Origin: Felis catus | Lineage: Eukaryota | Assembly: GCF_018350175.1 (NCBI RefSeq) | Contig: NC_058368.1 | Location: 73,286,001-73,346,000, forward strand | Reading direction: 5' to 3' | DNA: 60,000 nt | Shown here: one piece after another, positions 1-11,900 of the stretch | Layout: each line of letters begins with the position of its first letter | Position numbering within the stretch: position 1 is the stretch's first letter | Translations under genes and position numbers: made by a program | The notes under the pieces: model-generated | What the model was told of the DNA's origin: nothing | Databases searched by the model: none | Seen by the model: the letters and a program-made list of their open reading frames with translations, nothing else

Positions 1-470
1 ATTTGTCCAAAAAATATTGAAATTGGGATCCCGAAAAGATAATCCACAACTCCCATATTCATTGCAGTATTCACAATAGCCAAGATGTGGAAACAACCTA
101 AATGTCCGTGATCAGATGAATGGACACAACAAATGTGTTACACATGCACATCAGGATACCATGTAATCTGTAGGAAGGAGGAGATGTTACAGTATATAAC
201 AAAAGATGAACCTGGACGACATTGTGCTGAGTGATATAAGCCAGTCACAGGCAGGTGAATACTGTGTGATTCTACTTACATGAAGTTTCTGAAGAGGTCA
301 AAGTCATAGAAGCAGAGAACAGCATAGAGGTTGCCAGGGACCAGGAAATTGAGAGTGTTAATGAGCTTAAAGTTTCAGTCCGGCAAAAGAAAGAAGCTGT
401 GACGATTGTACCTATAGCCAACAATATACTATTGAAAACTCTTGAAAATTTATGAAGAGGGTTAAGTGTT
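1..470 (+). mobile_element. Old L1 (L1MA/L1MB-like) 3' end fragment
   Basis: Typical L1 ORF2-end/3'UTR motifs (cacaatagccaagatgtggaaacaacctaaatgtcc; gaagcagagaacagcatagaggttgccaggg). Confidence 0.8.
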
Positions 471-472
471 CT

Positions 473-527
473 ATGGAATGGAATGGAATGGAATGGAATG
501 GAATGGAATGGAATGGAATGGAATGGA
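473..527. repeat. (ATGGA)11 pentanucleotide microsatellite
   Basis: Perfect tandem array read directly. Confidence 0.98.
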
Positions 528-829
528 AATCTCCTGGTGACTGACACAGGCTTAAGTCTGAGAACCTCTAGCATAGAGAGAACATGCTATTTCTGTATCT
601 TGCAGTGACTGAAAGAACGACTACACTCAAGTAGTTACAGGAAACGATGTAAGAAGCACTAAGGAAAAAATTGGCACAACTTTGATGTACATGGAATCTG
701 GTTATTTTCAGACAGCTGAATCAGATGCTCTAACCCTTTACAGCACCCTCCTCCCACCTCTAGTCTACGCTTTCCCTCCACCCTTCCCCACCCCCCGCTG
801 GAAAAATCCTTCCATTAAATTTGATTAGC

Positions 830-1030
830 ATTACAGTTTACTAGGTGTGTTCATACACATTATCTCATTTTATCCTCATAGTAATCCATGCAATAGGCAG
901 GGATTATTCCCATTTTATAAATGAGACAGCAGAATTGGAGAGATTAAGAGATTTACATGAAATCACACAACTGTTAATTAGCAGAACCAGAACCTAAATT
1001 CTACACCTTTGCTCATTCTCTAATCCATTC
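830..1030 (-). mobile_element. MIR SINE
   Basis: MIR core-like attattcccattttataaatgag...gagattaagagatttacatgaaatcacacaact. Confidence 0.7.
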
Positions 1031-1089
1031 TGCCTTTCTATTGACTAAATTTAGCTACTTTCTTTATTGATTTCCTTAAGGATTTAGTC

Positions 1090-1328
1090 CAGAGTTTCTC
1101 AGCCTCCACATTTTGAACTGCTGGGCTCTTTGTTGGGGGGGGGGGGGCAGGGAAAAGGGCCCCCCCCCCCCCCGCATGGTTAAGATGCTCAGCAGCATCC
1201 CTGCCCTCTACCCACTAGATGGCAGTAGCTTCCTTCTCTCAGTTGTTACAATCAACAATGTCTCTAGACATTGTCAAAAGTCTCCAGGAGGCGGTGGAGG
1301 GCAAATCCACCCCTGTTGAGAACAACTG
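1090..1328 (-). mobile_element. MER20 (hAT-Charlie non-autonomous DNA transposon)
   Basis: Termini cagagtttctcagcc...gttgagaacaactg; diagnostic cagcatccctgccctctacccactagatg and aatgtctctagacattg. Confidence 0.85.
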
Positions 1329-1344
1329 ATGTAGTTGAAACCTC

Positions 1345-1655
1345 CAACAGCATCATCTGCAGACCTCCTTAAACTTCAGATGGCTGGGCCCCACTCTCAG
1401 AGTTTCTGATTCAATAGATCTGGTGCCATCTGAGAATTTGCATCTTTAACAAGCTCCCAGGTGAGGGCACTGGTTGGGATGAGCACTGGATGTTATATGT
1501 AAGTGATGAATCACTAAGTTCCACTCCTGAAACCAAGACTACACTATATGTTAACTAACTATAATTTAAATAAAAATTCAGGAAAAACAACCAAACAAGT
1601 TCCCAGGCAATGCTAATACTGCTGGTTTGGAGACCCCACTTTGAGAAGCACCTGT
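1345..1655. mobile_element. MER5A-like element interrupted by ~130 bp carnivore L1 3' fragment (1465-1593, +)
   Basis: MER5 motifs (cagagtttctgattca, aacaagctcccaggtga, cactttgagaagcac); L1 tail gatgagcactgg...gttaactaact; TSD 1448-1464 / 1594-1610. Confidence 0.8.
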
Positions 1656-2370
1656 CTAAACCATTTGCAAAATCAGGAAGTATATCCCTGAAAAAGTGTA
1701 TTTGCTATTGAAAACATTTCGTCCCCAAAATAAATGAATAATAAAAACAAGCAAATCCAGGGCACGGTGGTTCTGTACATATACCTTCTTCCCGCACACC
1801 CAAGCTGAAACAGAAGCTCAAATGAGTTTCCATTATTAATACATGGCCCTTGGATATTATTTAAACAAAAAGCACTCTTATGCTGCTGAGTGAAAATCCC
1901 TCATACTTTTACTTCCCACATCTCTTTATGAAATTTTAAAATTTATTTGACCTTCAAATCTCTCTGGTGATACAGGAAAGGTGCCATTCTCACTCCTTCT
2001 GCTTACCACAGTTACCAGAGTGGGAAGACCAGATCGAGAGTTCAAATGAATGATACTCTCCCTCGCACAACTACAGAAAGGATCATATCTTTTAATGAAT
2101 TTGAAAACGCTCTCTGAGAGAGACAGAAATACTGAAGGACTGAATATAGAACTTTTTGATAGATGTTCATATTCAGAAGCTAACACAAATCCGTTTCTAT
2201 GGACAAAAGACTCTATCTTGTTACTTCCTGGATTTTAAGGAACTATTAATGTGTTTCATTCAAGATGTACAAATAGTACCTTCTTAATCTCTTTTGAAAT
2301 AGATTTTTAAAGATTTTAAAGTATTTTTGTTTTATAACTCTGAGATTCATTTTTAGAAATTTGATTTTTA

Positions 2371-3995
2371 TGACACAAGAACAGACACTCAGATCAATGG
2401 AACAGAATAGAGAACCCATAAATGGACCCACAAATGTGTGGCCAACTAATCTTTGACAAAGCAGGAAAGAATATCCTATGGAATAAAGACAGTCTCTTCA
2501 GCAAGTGGTGTTGGGAAAACTGAACAGCGACATGCAGAAGAATGAACCTGGACCACTTTCTTATACCATACACAAAAATAAACTCAAAGTGGATGAAAGA
2601 CCTCAATGTAAGACAGGAAGCCATCAAAATCCTCCAGGAGAAAGCAGGCAAAAACCTCTTTGATCTTGGCTGCGGCAACTTCTTACTCAACACGTCTCCC
2701 AAGGCAAGGGAAACAAAAGCAAAAATAAACTACTGGGATCTCATCAAAATAAAAAGCTTCTGCACAGCAAAGGAAACAATCAGCAAAACTAAAAGGCAAC
2801 CAACAGAATAGGAGAAGATATTTGCAAACGACATATCAGATAAAGGGTTAGTATCGAAAATCTATAAAGAACTTATCAAACTCAACACCCAAAAAACAAA
2901 TAATCCAGTGAAGAAATGGACAAAAGACATGAATAGACACTTCTCCAAAGAAGACATCCAGATGGCCAACTGACACATGAAAAAATGCTCCACATCACTC
3001 ATCATCAGGGAAATACAAATCAAAACCACAATGAGATACCACCTTACACCTGTCAGAATGGCTAACATTAACAACTCAGGCAACGACAGATGTTGGCGAG
3101 GATGCAAAGAGGATCTCTTTTGCACCGTTGGTGGGAATGCAAGCTGGTGCAGCCAATCTACAAAACAGTATGGAGTTTCCTCAAAAAACTAAAAATAGAA
3201 CTACCCTACGACCCAGCATTTGCACTACTAGGCATTTATCCACGGGATACAGGTGTGCTGTTTCAAAGGGACACATGCATCCCCATGTTTATAACAGCAC
3301 TACCAAGAATAGCCAAAGTTGGGGCACCTGGGTGGCTCGGTCGGTTGAGCGTCCGACTTCGGCTCAGGTCATGATCTCACGGTCCGTGAGTTTGAGCCTC
3401 TGTGCTGACACCTCGTAGCCTGGAGCCTGTTTCAGATTCTGTGTCTCCCTCTCTCTCTGCCCCTCCCCTGTTCATGCTCTGCCTCTCTCTGTCTCAAAAA
3501 TAAATAAAACGTTAAAAAAAATGTAAAGAATAGTCAAATTATGGAAAGATCCCAAATGTCCATCGATGGATGAATAAAGAAGATGTGGTATATATATATA
3601 CAATGGAGTATTACTCAGCAATCAAAAAGAATGAAATCTTGCCATTTGCAACTATGTGGATGGAACTGGATGGAGGGTATTATGCTAAGTGAAATTAGTC
3701 AGAGAAAGACAAAAATCATATGACTTCACTCATATGAGGATGTTAAGAGACAAAACAGATGAACATAAGGGAAGGGAAACAAAACTAATATAAAAACAGG
3801 GAGGAAGACAAAACAGAAGAGACTCATAAATATGGAGAACAAACTGAGGGTTACTTGAGGGGTTGTGGGAGGGGGGATGGGCTAAATGGGTAAGGGGCAC
3901 TAAGGAATCTACTCCTGGAATCATTGTTGCACTGTATGCTAACTAATTTGGATGTAAATTTTAAAAAATAAAAAATAAAATTTTTAAAAAAAGAA
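2371..3995 (+). mobile_element. 5'-truncated felid/carnivore L1 (ORF2 C-terminus + 3'UTR + A tail)
   Basis: ORF2 remnant [25 protein letters not shown]...; perfect 16-bp TSD AGAAATTTGATTTTTA at 2355-2370 and 3996-4011. Confidence 0.95.
3321..3525 (+). mobile_element. Felid Can-SINE nested in L1
   Basis: ggggcacctgggtggctc head, (CT) tract, A tail; TSD aagaatag(c/t)caaa. Confidence 0.93.
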
Positions 3996-4130
3996 AGAAA
4001 TTTGATTTTTAAAGTAAGATTTTTTAAGGAAGACTTTTTTTCATTAAAAGAATGACTTGCTTGTATTCAAAGATTTTCAAGTTTATAATGCTAAGAAAAA
4101 TGTCCATAGTAAACACTTTTAAAGCAGTCG

Positions 4131-6632
4131 TTTTGACAAAATACAGCATCCATTCTTGATAAAAACCCTCAACAAAGTAGGGCTCAGTGGAACATACCTC
4201 AACATCATAAAGACCATATACAAAAGACCCACAGCTAATACCATCCTTAAGGGGAAAAACTGAGGGTCTTTCCTCTATGATCAGGAACAAGACAAGGGTG
4301 TCCACTCTCACCATTACTATTTAACATAGTACTGGAAGTCTTAGCCTCAGCAATCAGACAACAAAAAGAAACAAAAGTCAATCAAATAAGCTAGGAAGAA
4401 GTCAAACTTTCACTATTTGCAGATGGCATGTTACTCTATGTAGAAAATCTGAAAGACTCCACCAAAAAATTGCTAGAACTAATACATGAATCCCGCAAAG
4501 TCACAGGATATAAAATCAACGTGTGGAAATCTATTGCATTTCTATACGCCAATGATGAAGCAGCTGAAAAAGAAATCATGGAATTGATCCCGTTTGCAAT
4601 TGCACCAAAAACAATAATACACCTAAGAATAAGCCTAAATAAAGAGGTGAAAGATCTATACTCTGAAAACTATAGAACACATCTGAAAGAAATTGAAAAG
4701 GCTACAAAGAAATGGAGAAGAATTCCATGCTCATGGATTTGAAGAGAAAATATTGTTAAAATGTCTATACTACCCAAAGCAATCTACACATTTAATGCAA
4801 CCCCTATCAAAATACCACCAGCATTTTTCACAGAGCTAGTAAAAACAATCCTAAAATTTGTATGGAACCACAAAAGACCCCGAATAGCCAAAGCAATCCT
4901 GAAAAAGAAAAACAAAACTGGAGGCATCATAATTCCAGATTTCAAGCTGTATTTCAAAGCTGTAGTCATCAAGACAGTGTGGTACTGGCACAAAAACAGA
5001 CACATAAATCAATGGAATGGGATAGAAAACCCAGAAATGGACCCACAACTATACAGTCAAGTAATATTTGACAAAGCAGGAAAGAATACCCAATGGAAAA
5101 AAGACAATCTCTTCAACACATGGTGTTGGGAAAACTGGACAGAGACATGCAGAACAATGAGACCAAACCACTTTCTTACACCATACACAAAAATAAATTC
5201 AAAATGGATGAAAGACTTACATGTGAGACAGGAAACCATCAAAATCCTAGAGGAGAACACAGGCAGAAACCTCTTTGACTTTGGCCACAGCAACTTCATA
5301 CTAGACACATCACTAAAGGCAAGGGAAGCAAAAACAAACATGAACTATTGGGATGTCATCAAGATAAAAAGCTTCTGCACAACAAAGGAAACAATTAACA
5401 AAACTGAAAGGCAGCCTACAGAATGGGAGAAGATATTTGCAAACAACATATCTGATGAAAGGTCAGTATCCAAAATCTGTAAAGAATTTATCAAACTCAA
5501 CACCCAAAAAAACCCCCAAATAAACCAGTTAAGAAATGGGCAGAAGATACGAATAGACACTTTTCCAACAGACACATGAAAAACTGCTCAACATTACTCA
5601 TCATCAGGGAAATACAAATCAAAACCATGATGGTATACCACTTCACACCTGTAAGAATGGCTAAAATCAGGGCACCTGTGTGGCTCAGTCGGTTAAATGT
5701 CTGACTTCGGCTCAGGTCATGAACTCGTGGTTCATGAGTTTGAGCTCCGCATCGGTATCTGTGCTGACAGCTCAGAGTCTGGAGCCTGCTTCAGATTCTG
5801 TGTCTCCCTCTCTCTCTGTTCTTCCTCCACTCGCATTCTGTCTCTCACTCTCTTGAAAATAAAAATTTTTTAAAAATTTAAAAAGAATGGCTAAAAATTA
5901 ACAACACAAGAAACAACAGGGGTGTTGGTGAGGATGCAGAGAAAGAGGAACCCTCTTGCACTGTTGATGGAAATGCAAATTTGTGCAGTCCCTCTGGAAA
6001 GAGTATGGAGGTTCTTCATGAAACTAAAAATAGAACTACCCTACGATCCAATAATTGTACTACTAGGTATTTACCCAAAGGATACAAAAATACTGATTTG
6101 AAGGGACACGTGCACCCCCAATGTTTATAGCAGCATTATCAACAATAGTCAAACCATATAGAAAGCCCAAATGTCCACCCACTAATGCATGGATGAATAA
6201 GATGTGGTATATACATACCATGGAATATTAGTCAGCCATCAAAAAGAATGAAATCTTGCCATTTCTAATGACAAGGATGGAACTAGAAGTATTATGCTAA
6301 TGAAATAAGTCAATCAGAGAAAGACAATATCATTATGATTTCACTCATCTGTAGAATTTAAGAAACAAAACAGACGAAAATATGGGACCAGGGGACAGGG
6401 GAGAGGAGAAGGAAAAAACAACAAGAGACTCTTAACAATAGAGAACTGAGGGTTGCTGAAGGACAGGTGGGTGGAGGGTGGGCTAGATGGGTGATGAGTA
6501 CTAAGGAGGGCACTTGTGATGAGCACTGAGTGTGGTATGTAAGTGATCAATCACTGAATTCTACTCCTGAAACCAATATTGCACTGTATGTTAACTAAAA
6601 TTTAAATGAAATAAAGAAACAAAAATAAAAAT
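4131..6632 (+). mobile_element. 5'-truncated carnivore L1 (RT C-terminal part to 3'UTR), inactive
   Basis: ORF2 remnants 4428-4742 and 4761-5579 ([19 protein letters not shown]...), degenerate LFADGM (FADDM) RT motif, stops and frameshifts, A-rich tail. Confidence 0.95.
5669..5882 (+). mobile_element. Felid Can-SINE nested in L1
   Basis: SINE head and tail; TSD aagaatggctaaaa on both sides. Confidence 0.93.
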
Positions 6633-6784
6633 AAAGCAATAGGAAGATCAGCCAAGGGGAATTATCCCCTATGATGTGCATTTCATAGCCAGTCCCTACA
6701 GACAGACCTCAATTCTGCCCTGCAAGCCAGTTTTCAAGGACTACTGAGACAACTAAAGGTTAAAACATTTCGCTAAGTCTTTGA

Positions 6785-6935
6785 TGCTTAAAGTGTAGTC
6801 CCAAAGCATTAGCATCACCTGGGAGCTTGTTAGAAATTCAGAGTCTCAGGCCCAACCCAGACCTATTAAATCAGAATCTGCACTTTCACAAGATTCCCAG
6901 GAAGTCACATGCATTAAAACCTGAGAAGCATTGCC
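6785..6935. mobile_element. MER5-family DNA transposon
   Basis: gcatcacctgggagcttgttagaaat...aatcagaatctgcac...aagattcccagg. Confidence 0.75.
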
Positions 6936-8016
6936 TAGATGAAGCTGACAATTCTCCAAAATAGAGTGGTTAAATAGAAAGAAATTTAGAGAACAGAAAA
7001 GGCCAAAATCAATTCCTTCTACAAACCAAACCAGATCCATTCAAAGAAGCTCATAGATGTTCAGCTTCGATTTAAACCATTTCATTGAAGACACATTGTG
7101 TATATTAAACTTCTCTGAATTTTTAGAAACAAAATGATTGCTATTGAGGGGTGGCCTGTAAATAAATGCTTTTTCTTTTCATATTTACTCTTTTTCAATA
7201 AAAAATATATAAAGGCTACACCTCAGATTCAAAGCAGACAATATCATAGCTAAGAGAATTCTTAAGATCCAGTCTTAATTTTGGACAAAATTTGTTTCAG
7301 AATTTGAGTCTAGATGACTTTCTGGTTCAATTTCGTCTGAACTGAACAGCTAGTTAACTAGATTCATTCATATAGGCAAGCTGGCCATTTAATTTTTATT
7401 TTCTTGTTAAAATATTGTTTCACTGGGGTTTTTTCCTTCCTCTATATTTTCAAAGTGATATTCAGTAGGTCAGTAACACTGATGTAAAATATCTTGAGGT
7501 CATCATGAGAAGGAGCAGTTGCTTTATTTGTTCTACCTTCAGAGAGAAAAAACAGGGATGTTTGTGCAATGCGATTAAAAAATTATTTTGCTTTGATGGT
7601 GCTAACTGAAATACAGCAAATCCATTTCTGTTGCATATCTTACTTTTCAGATCTCATTTAACATTTCAAAATCCAAGCCTCACATTTTAACAACCAGTAA
7701 TTATGTAATTAGAGTCTGTGTATGTTTACATGATTGAAAGGGTAATGGCACAGGACAAATGTTTTATAATTAATTGAATGTTTTATATGAAAAAAATAGC
7801 AAAATGACTCAAGGCTAAAATAAGGAAAACTTGCAATTTTTTTTGTTTTAAATAAATTCACTGCATATTCCATTTAGCTGTATAAGTGTAAGAAGGATGT
7901 AAATGGGAAATGGATAATTCAAGCAAATATTTTATGGCTTATTCGTGCAGAAGAGCTATCTGTGCCATTCTGGGTATAAGCAGGTTGCTCTGAAGATTTA
8001 AAAACAGGGTTTTTGG

Positions 8017-8232
8017 GGGGCGCCTGGGTGACTCAGTCGGTTAAGCGTCAGACTTCGGCTCAGGTCATGATCTCACGGTCCGTGAGTTCGAGCCCCGCGT
8101 CGGACTCTGTGCTGACAGCTCAGAGCCTGGAGCCTGTTTCCGATTCTGTGTCTCCCTCTCTCTGCCCCTCCCCTGTTCATGCTCTGTCTCTCTCTGTCTC
8201 AAAAATAAATAAACGTTAAAAAATGTTTTAAA
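8017..8232 (+). mobile_element. Young felid Can-SINE
   Basis: Near-consensus, CpG-rich; TSD aaaaacaggg(g)ttttt. Confidence 0.95.
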
Positions 8233-10404
8233 AAAACAGGGGTTTTTTTCAGGCAAAACTTATTCCCAATACTTATTTCACAATTTCCCTTCTCCTTCAA
8301 GTGTTCATCTCCAGGTGCCTAGGGATGCCAAGTGACTGCATCAACCCTACTGCTAGCCGACCCACCAGAGAGGTCTGATACACTAATATGCTCTGATGTT
8401 AGTAGCTCTCTAAGGTAAGTGCATTTTCAAGGCAGTCTTCAATGGTCTGCACTAAAGGAAGTACTTCAGCCCTGGCTCTCCTTGGCTTTTTCCCTGGGCC
8501 ATTATCTGTACAGACCTGAGCCTCAGACCACTTTGGAGAGCCAGAGGGACTCCTAAAACCCTGTAATTATGAGGCTCCCAATAATAGTGCAAAGACCAGT
8601 CTCACACCAGTATTTCCACACAAATAGTTCAACCACTTCTTTTTCTCCTAAAATGTCTGCTGTAGGGTTCTCCCCTTACCCCCTTACCAACTGACCATTT
8701 GGCTTGTTATCCATCAGCCATGGAAAGTGAATGTAATTCCCTGAAACTTAACTGAACGGGAAAGGGAATCTGAAGACAATTACCTGTTTGACTCAAACAA
8801 ACAAATGCTTCAGTTGTATCACCTAATGGAAAAGAAACCAGACTAGGTGATTTTTGTGATAACAAAATAAAGTAAAAAATTTGGGCATTACAATACCCAA
8901 GGTGGATTTTATCTTGAATTAGCCATTTGTGCTGCCTATTTAACCTAAATTAAACAAATAATGCTTAATCAACATCTCCCCACAAGAGCTTGAATGTTCA
9001 CAGGCTCCATTGTCTGAATATTTGAGGGAGATTGTTTCTGTCTTACACCATCTACACAATTCTTTTCCTTGTCTACTTCCCGCTGGGACCATGGACCACC
9101 TGGGAAAGGCATCACATTCCATCAGTCTCCTTCCAACACAGAAATTCCACAAAAAATAGCCAGCTACATCGTTAGTCCTTACTAATGTGACATGGAAATC
9201 CTGGTACTAATTAACTTGTAAATATTTCAAAGATAACCATGGAAATGTTTAAAGAAAAATTGAGCTAGGAAAAGTACATCGTGACTTCCTTTATTTTGTG
9301 TTGTTAATACATGTATTGAACACGACGTGTCACAAACGATGCCCATGACGATGGACACAAAAGTACGGTCCAGCCTTTGCCTTCAAACAGTTCATGCTCT
9401 AGTAGATCAGATAAAACCAATCATTGAAGATGCTGACTACAAGTATACATAAAAATTCCCAGAGAGCTTTAGGAGTAGATTTGGAGGTCTCTATAAAGTG
9501 TTCTACGCAGGAGGGCGGTTGAGGAAAAGGAGGTTTGAGTAGAGAATGGGGAAAAGAGCTTGAAGATCAAGGGCAGGATATAGAAACTGTAATTAGCCTT
9601 GAGGCTTTCACAGTAGTGACTATAAGGGGGTGTCATGTATGTATTGACATGGCTAATTCGTTTTAAGAAGGGAAAGTACATGTAAGGTGATTTAAAGACA
9701 TCCTTGAACCTGAGGGGTGTTTAAACATGTTAATTTTACCCTTTTAATATTTAAAGCCCAAGTGAGCCTTATTATGTATCAAGTTTCTGTGTTTATGGAT
9801 CTCCCAAGGCTGTTTATATTAAACACTTTAGTTTTGGAATAGCTAATATTCTCCTGTATTTAAGTCTCTCTGCCATTAAAAAGCTCTCTCCCTTCACACA
9901 TGGTTTCTCTTCATGTCTCTGCTCCCTGAGGTTAATAATAATGAGTCGATGTGAAACCTTCACAAAACACTTTAAATTGCCCTGGAAATGAAAATCTCAA
10001 TTATTGTGATTAAATAATCCCTCTATAGAAAAATGAAGAATAATTGGGGGCTGCTAGCAAAGTTAAGCACAACAATATCCTGAAACATGTTTTTTTAACA
10101 TATTTTCAATTCCCATTAATATTTCCTGGCATTTTAACATTATTTTTCCTGAGTGTTATAGCCACTTTCTATGTCTTTTTAAAAAACCATAATAGCCTTA
10201 GGATATAGTCCAAAGGGAGCAAGCATTGGGATAGAGGCAAATAAGACCGGAAGCAATGGGAGGAATAATTCCAGAAAAAAAAATCACTAAGTAGAAAATT
10301 AAACTTGCCAGTTTTACGAGAGCTTTCTGAGAGAATAAATACTATTTTATCAACATGGGAACATAGAGTCCTACTGATGTTCTGATGGAATTACAGTGAT
10401 GTAA

Positions 10405-10777
10405 ACATACATACAGAAATACATATGTACTCTCTCTACAGAAATATATATACATGAATAGATAACTATATATACTATATACATATACACACATTTATTT
10501 ACATATTACAATCTATACATACACACAGACATATACATTATATATGTTATACACATACATCATATGTGTGTATAGATATATAATTTTTTTAATATTTATT
10601 TTTGAGAGACAGAGTGTGAGCAGGGGAGGGGCAGAGAGAGAGGGAGACACAGAATCTGAAGCAGGCTCCAGGCTCTGAGCTATTGTGGGGCTCGAACCCT
10701 TTAACCCTTGAACCAAGAGATCACGACCTGAGCCAAAGTTGGATGCTTAACCAACTGAGCCACCCAGGTGGCTCACA

Positions 10778-10809
<32 letters not shown>

Positions 10810-10890
10810 TATAACATATATAATGTATATGTCTGTGTGTATGTATAGATTGTATATACATATATATATATATATATACACACACATATC
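10405..10890. repeat. TA/CA-rich low-complexity tract containing a SINE and a 45-bp inverted repeat
   Basis: Read directly. Confidence 0.9.
10585..10774 (-). mobile_element. Felid Can-SINE
   Basis: T-tail, (AG) tract, ends gagccacccaggtggctc. Confidence 0.9.
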
Positions 10891-10935
10891 TTGCTATCAT
10901 GTCACTGATCAGTTGCACAGACAAAATTTTACAGA

Positions 10936-11137
10936 TTTTTTTTAAAGTTTATTTATTTTGAGAGAGAGAGAGAGTGCACATGCAGGCGTACGTGCACGCG
11001 AGTGGGGAGAGGCAGAGAGAATCCCAAGCTATCAGCACAGAGCCCTACGCAGGCCCAAACCCATGAACCAAGAGATCATGGCCTGAGCCGAAATGAAGAG
11101 CCAGATGCTTAACAAACTAAGCCACCCAGGTGACCTC
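10936..11137 (-). mobile_element. Can-SINE (older, aatcccaagc type)
   Basis: tttatttattttgagagag...aagccacccaggtg. Confidence 0.88.
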
Positions 11138-11359
11138 CATTTTCATGACTAAGGAAGAAGAAAAGAAGAAACTATGAAATAACAGGTTGAAACATATCAC
11201 AGCTGCAGGTTATTTGAGTTCCTGAAAACCATAGAACCGTTTGTTCAATAGAACCGACTGTTCAATAGACGAAACCTCACTCTGAACACAAAAGCCTATG
11301 CTCTTGATCACCAAAGTATAGGTCCTGGGATTGATGATAACGAAAGGTGTTTTTAGTAG

Positions 11360-11900
11360 TCACTAGTTTCCTGTTGCTATTGTAACAAATTACAACCAAT
11401 GTTCACTGAAAGCAGCACATGTGTTATCTTACATTCTGGAGGCCAGAAATCTGAAGTCAGTTTCACCGGGCTAACGTCAGGGTGACAGCAGGACTGATTT
11501 TTTTCTGGAGATCTAAGCAGGGGATCCCTTTCCTTGACTTTTCCAGCTTCTGGAAGCTGCCTGTATTCCTTGGCTTGTGGCCCCTTCCTCTCCAAAGTGC
11601 ATTCACGCAGACCTCTGGTGCCGTGGTCACATCATATTCTCTCTGACTCTGACTTCTCTCTGACTCTTTCATCCAACTCTTAGGAGCCCTGTGATTCCAC
11701 GGGACCCATGAGAATAATCCGGGACAATCCCCATCTCAACATCCTTAATCACATCTGCAAAGTCTCTTTTGCCATGATAAAGTAACACTCACATGTTTCA
11801 GGTATAAACATGTAGGCCATTGGTAGGCCTACATGGCTTTGGTAGGCCATTGGTAGGCCTACAATGGCTTTGGTAGGCCATTGTTCAGTGTATCACAAAA
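11360..11900 (-). mobile_element. MaLR solo LTR (MLT1D-like)
   Basis: tagtttcctgttgctattgtaacaaattac...ttctggaggccagaaatctga...cacatctgcaaagtctcttttgccatg. Confidence 0.8.

Noticed and set aside
4428..5579. 104- and 272-aa ORFs as a gene or active retroelement
   Set aside because: Fragments of L1 ORF2 in a 5'-truncated copy with stops, frameshifts, a mutated RT motif and a nested SINE.
8013..8256. Recurrent short ORFs like AQSVKRPTSAQVMISRSVSSSP; tRNA-like A/B boxes
   Set aside because: Translations of Can-SINEs; the tRNA resemblance reflects SINE origin, not tRNA genes.
11812..11883. CRISPR-like palindromic ~30-bp repeats
   Set aside because: No unique spacers, no cas genes, mammalian context; it is a local tandem duplication.
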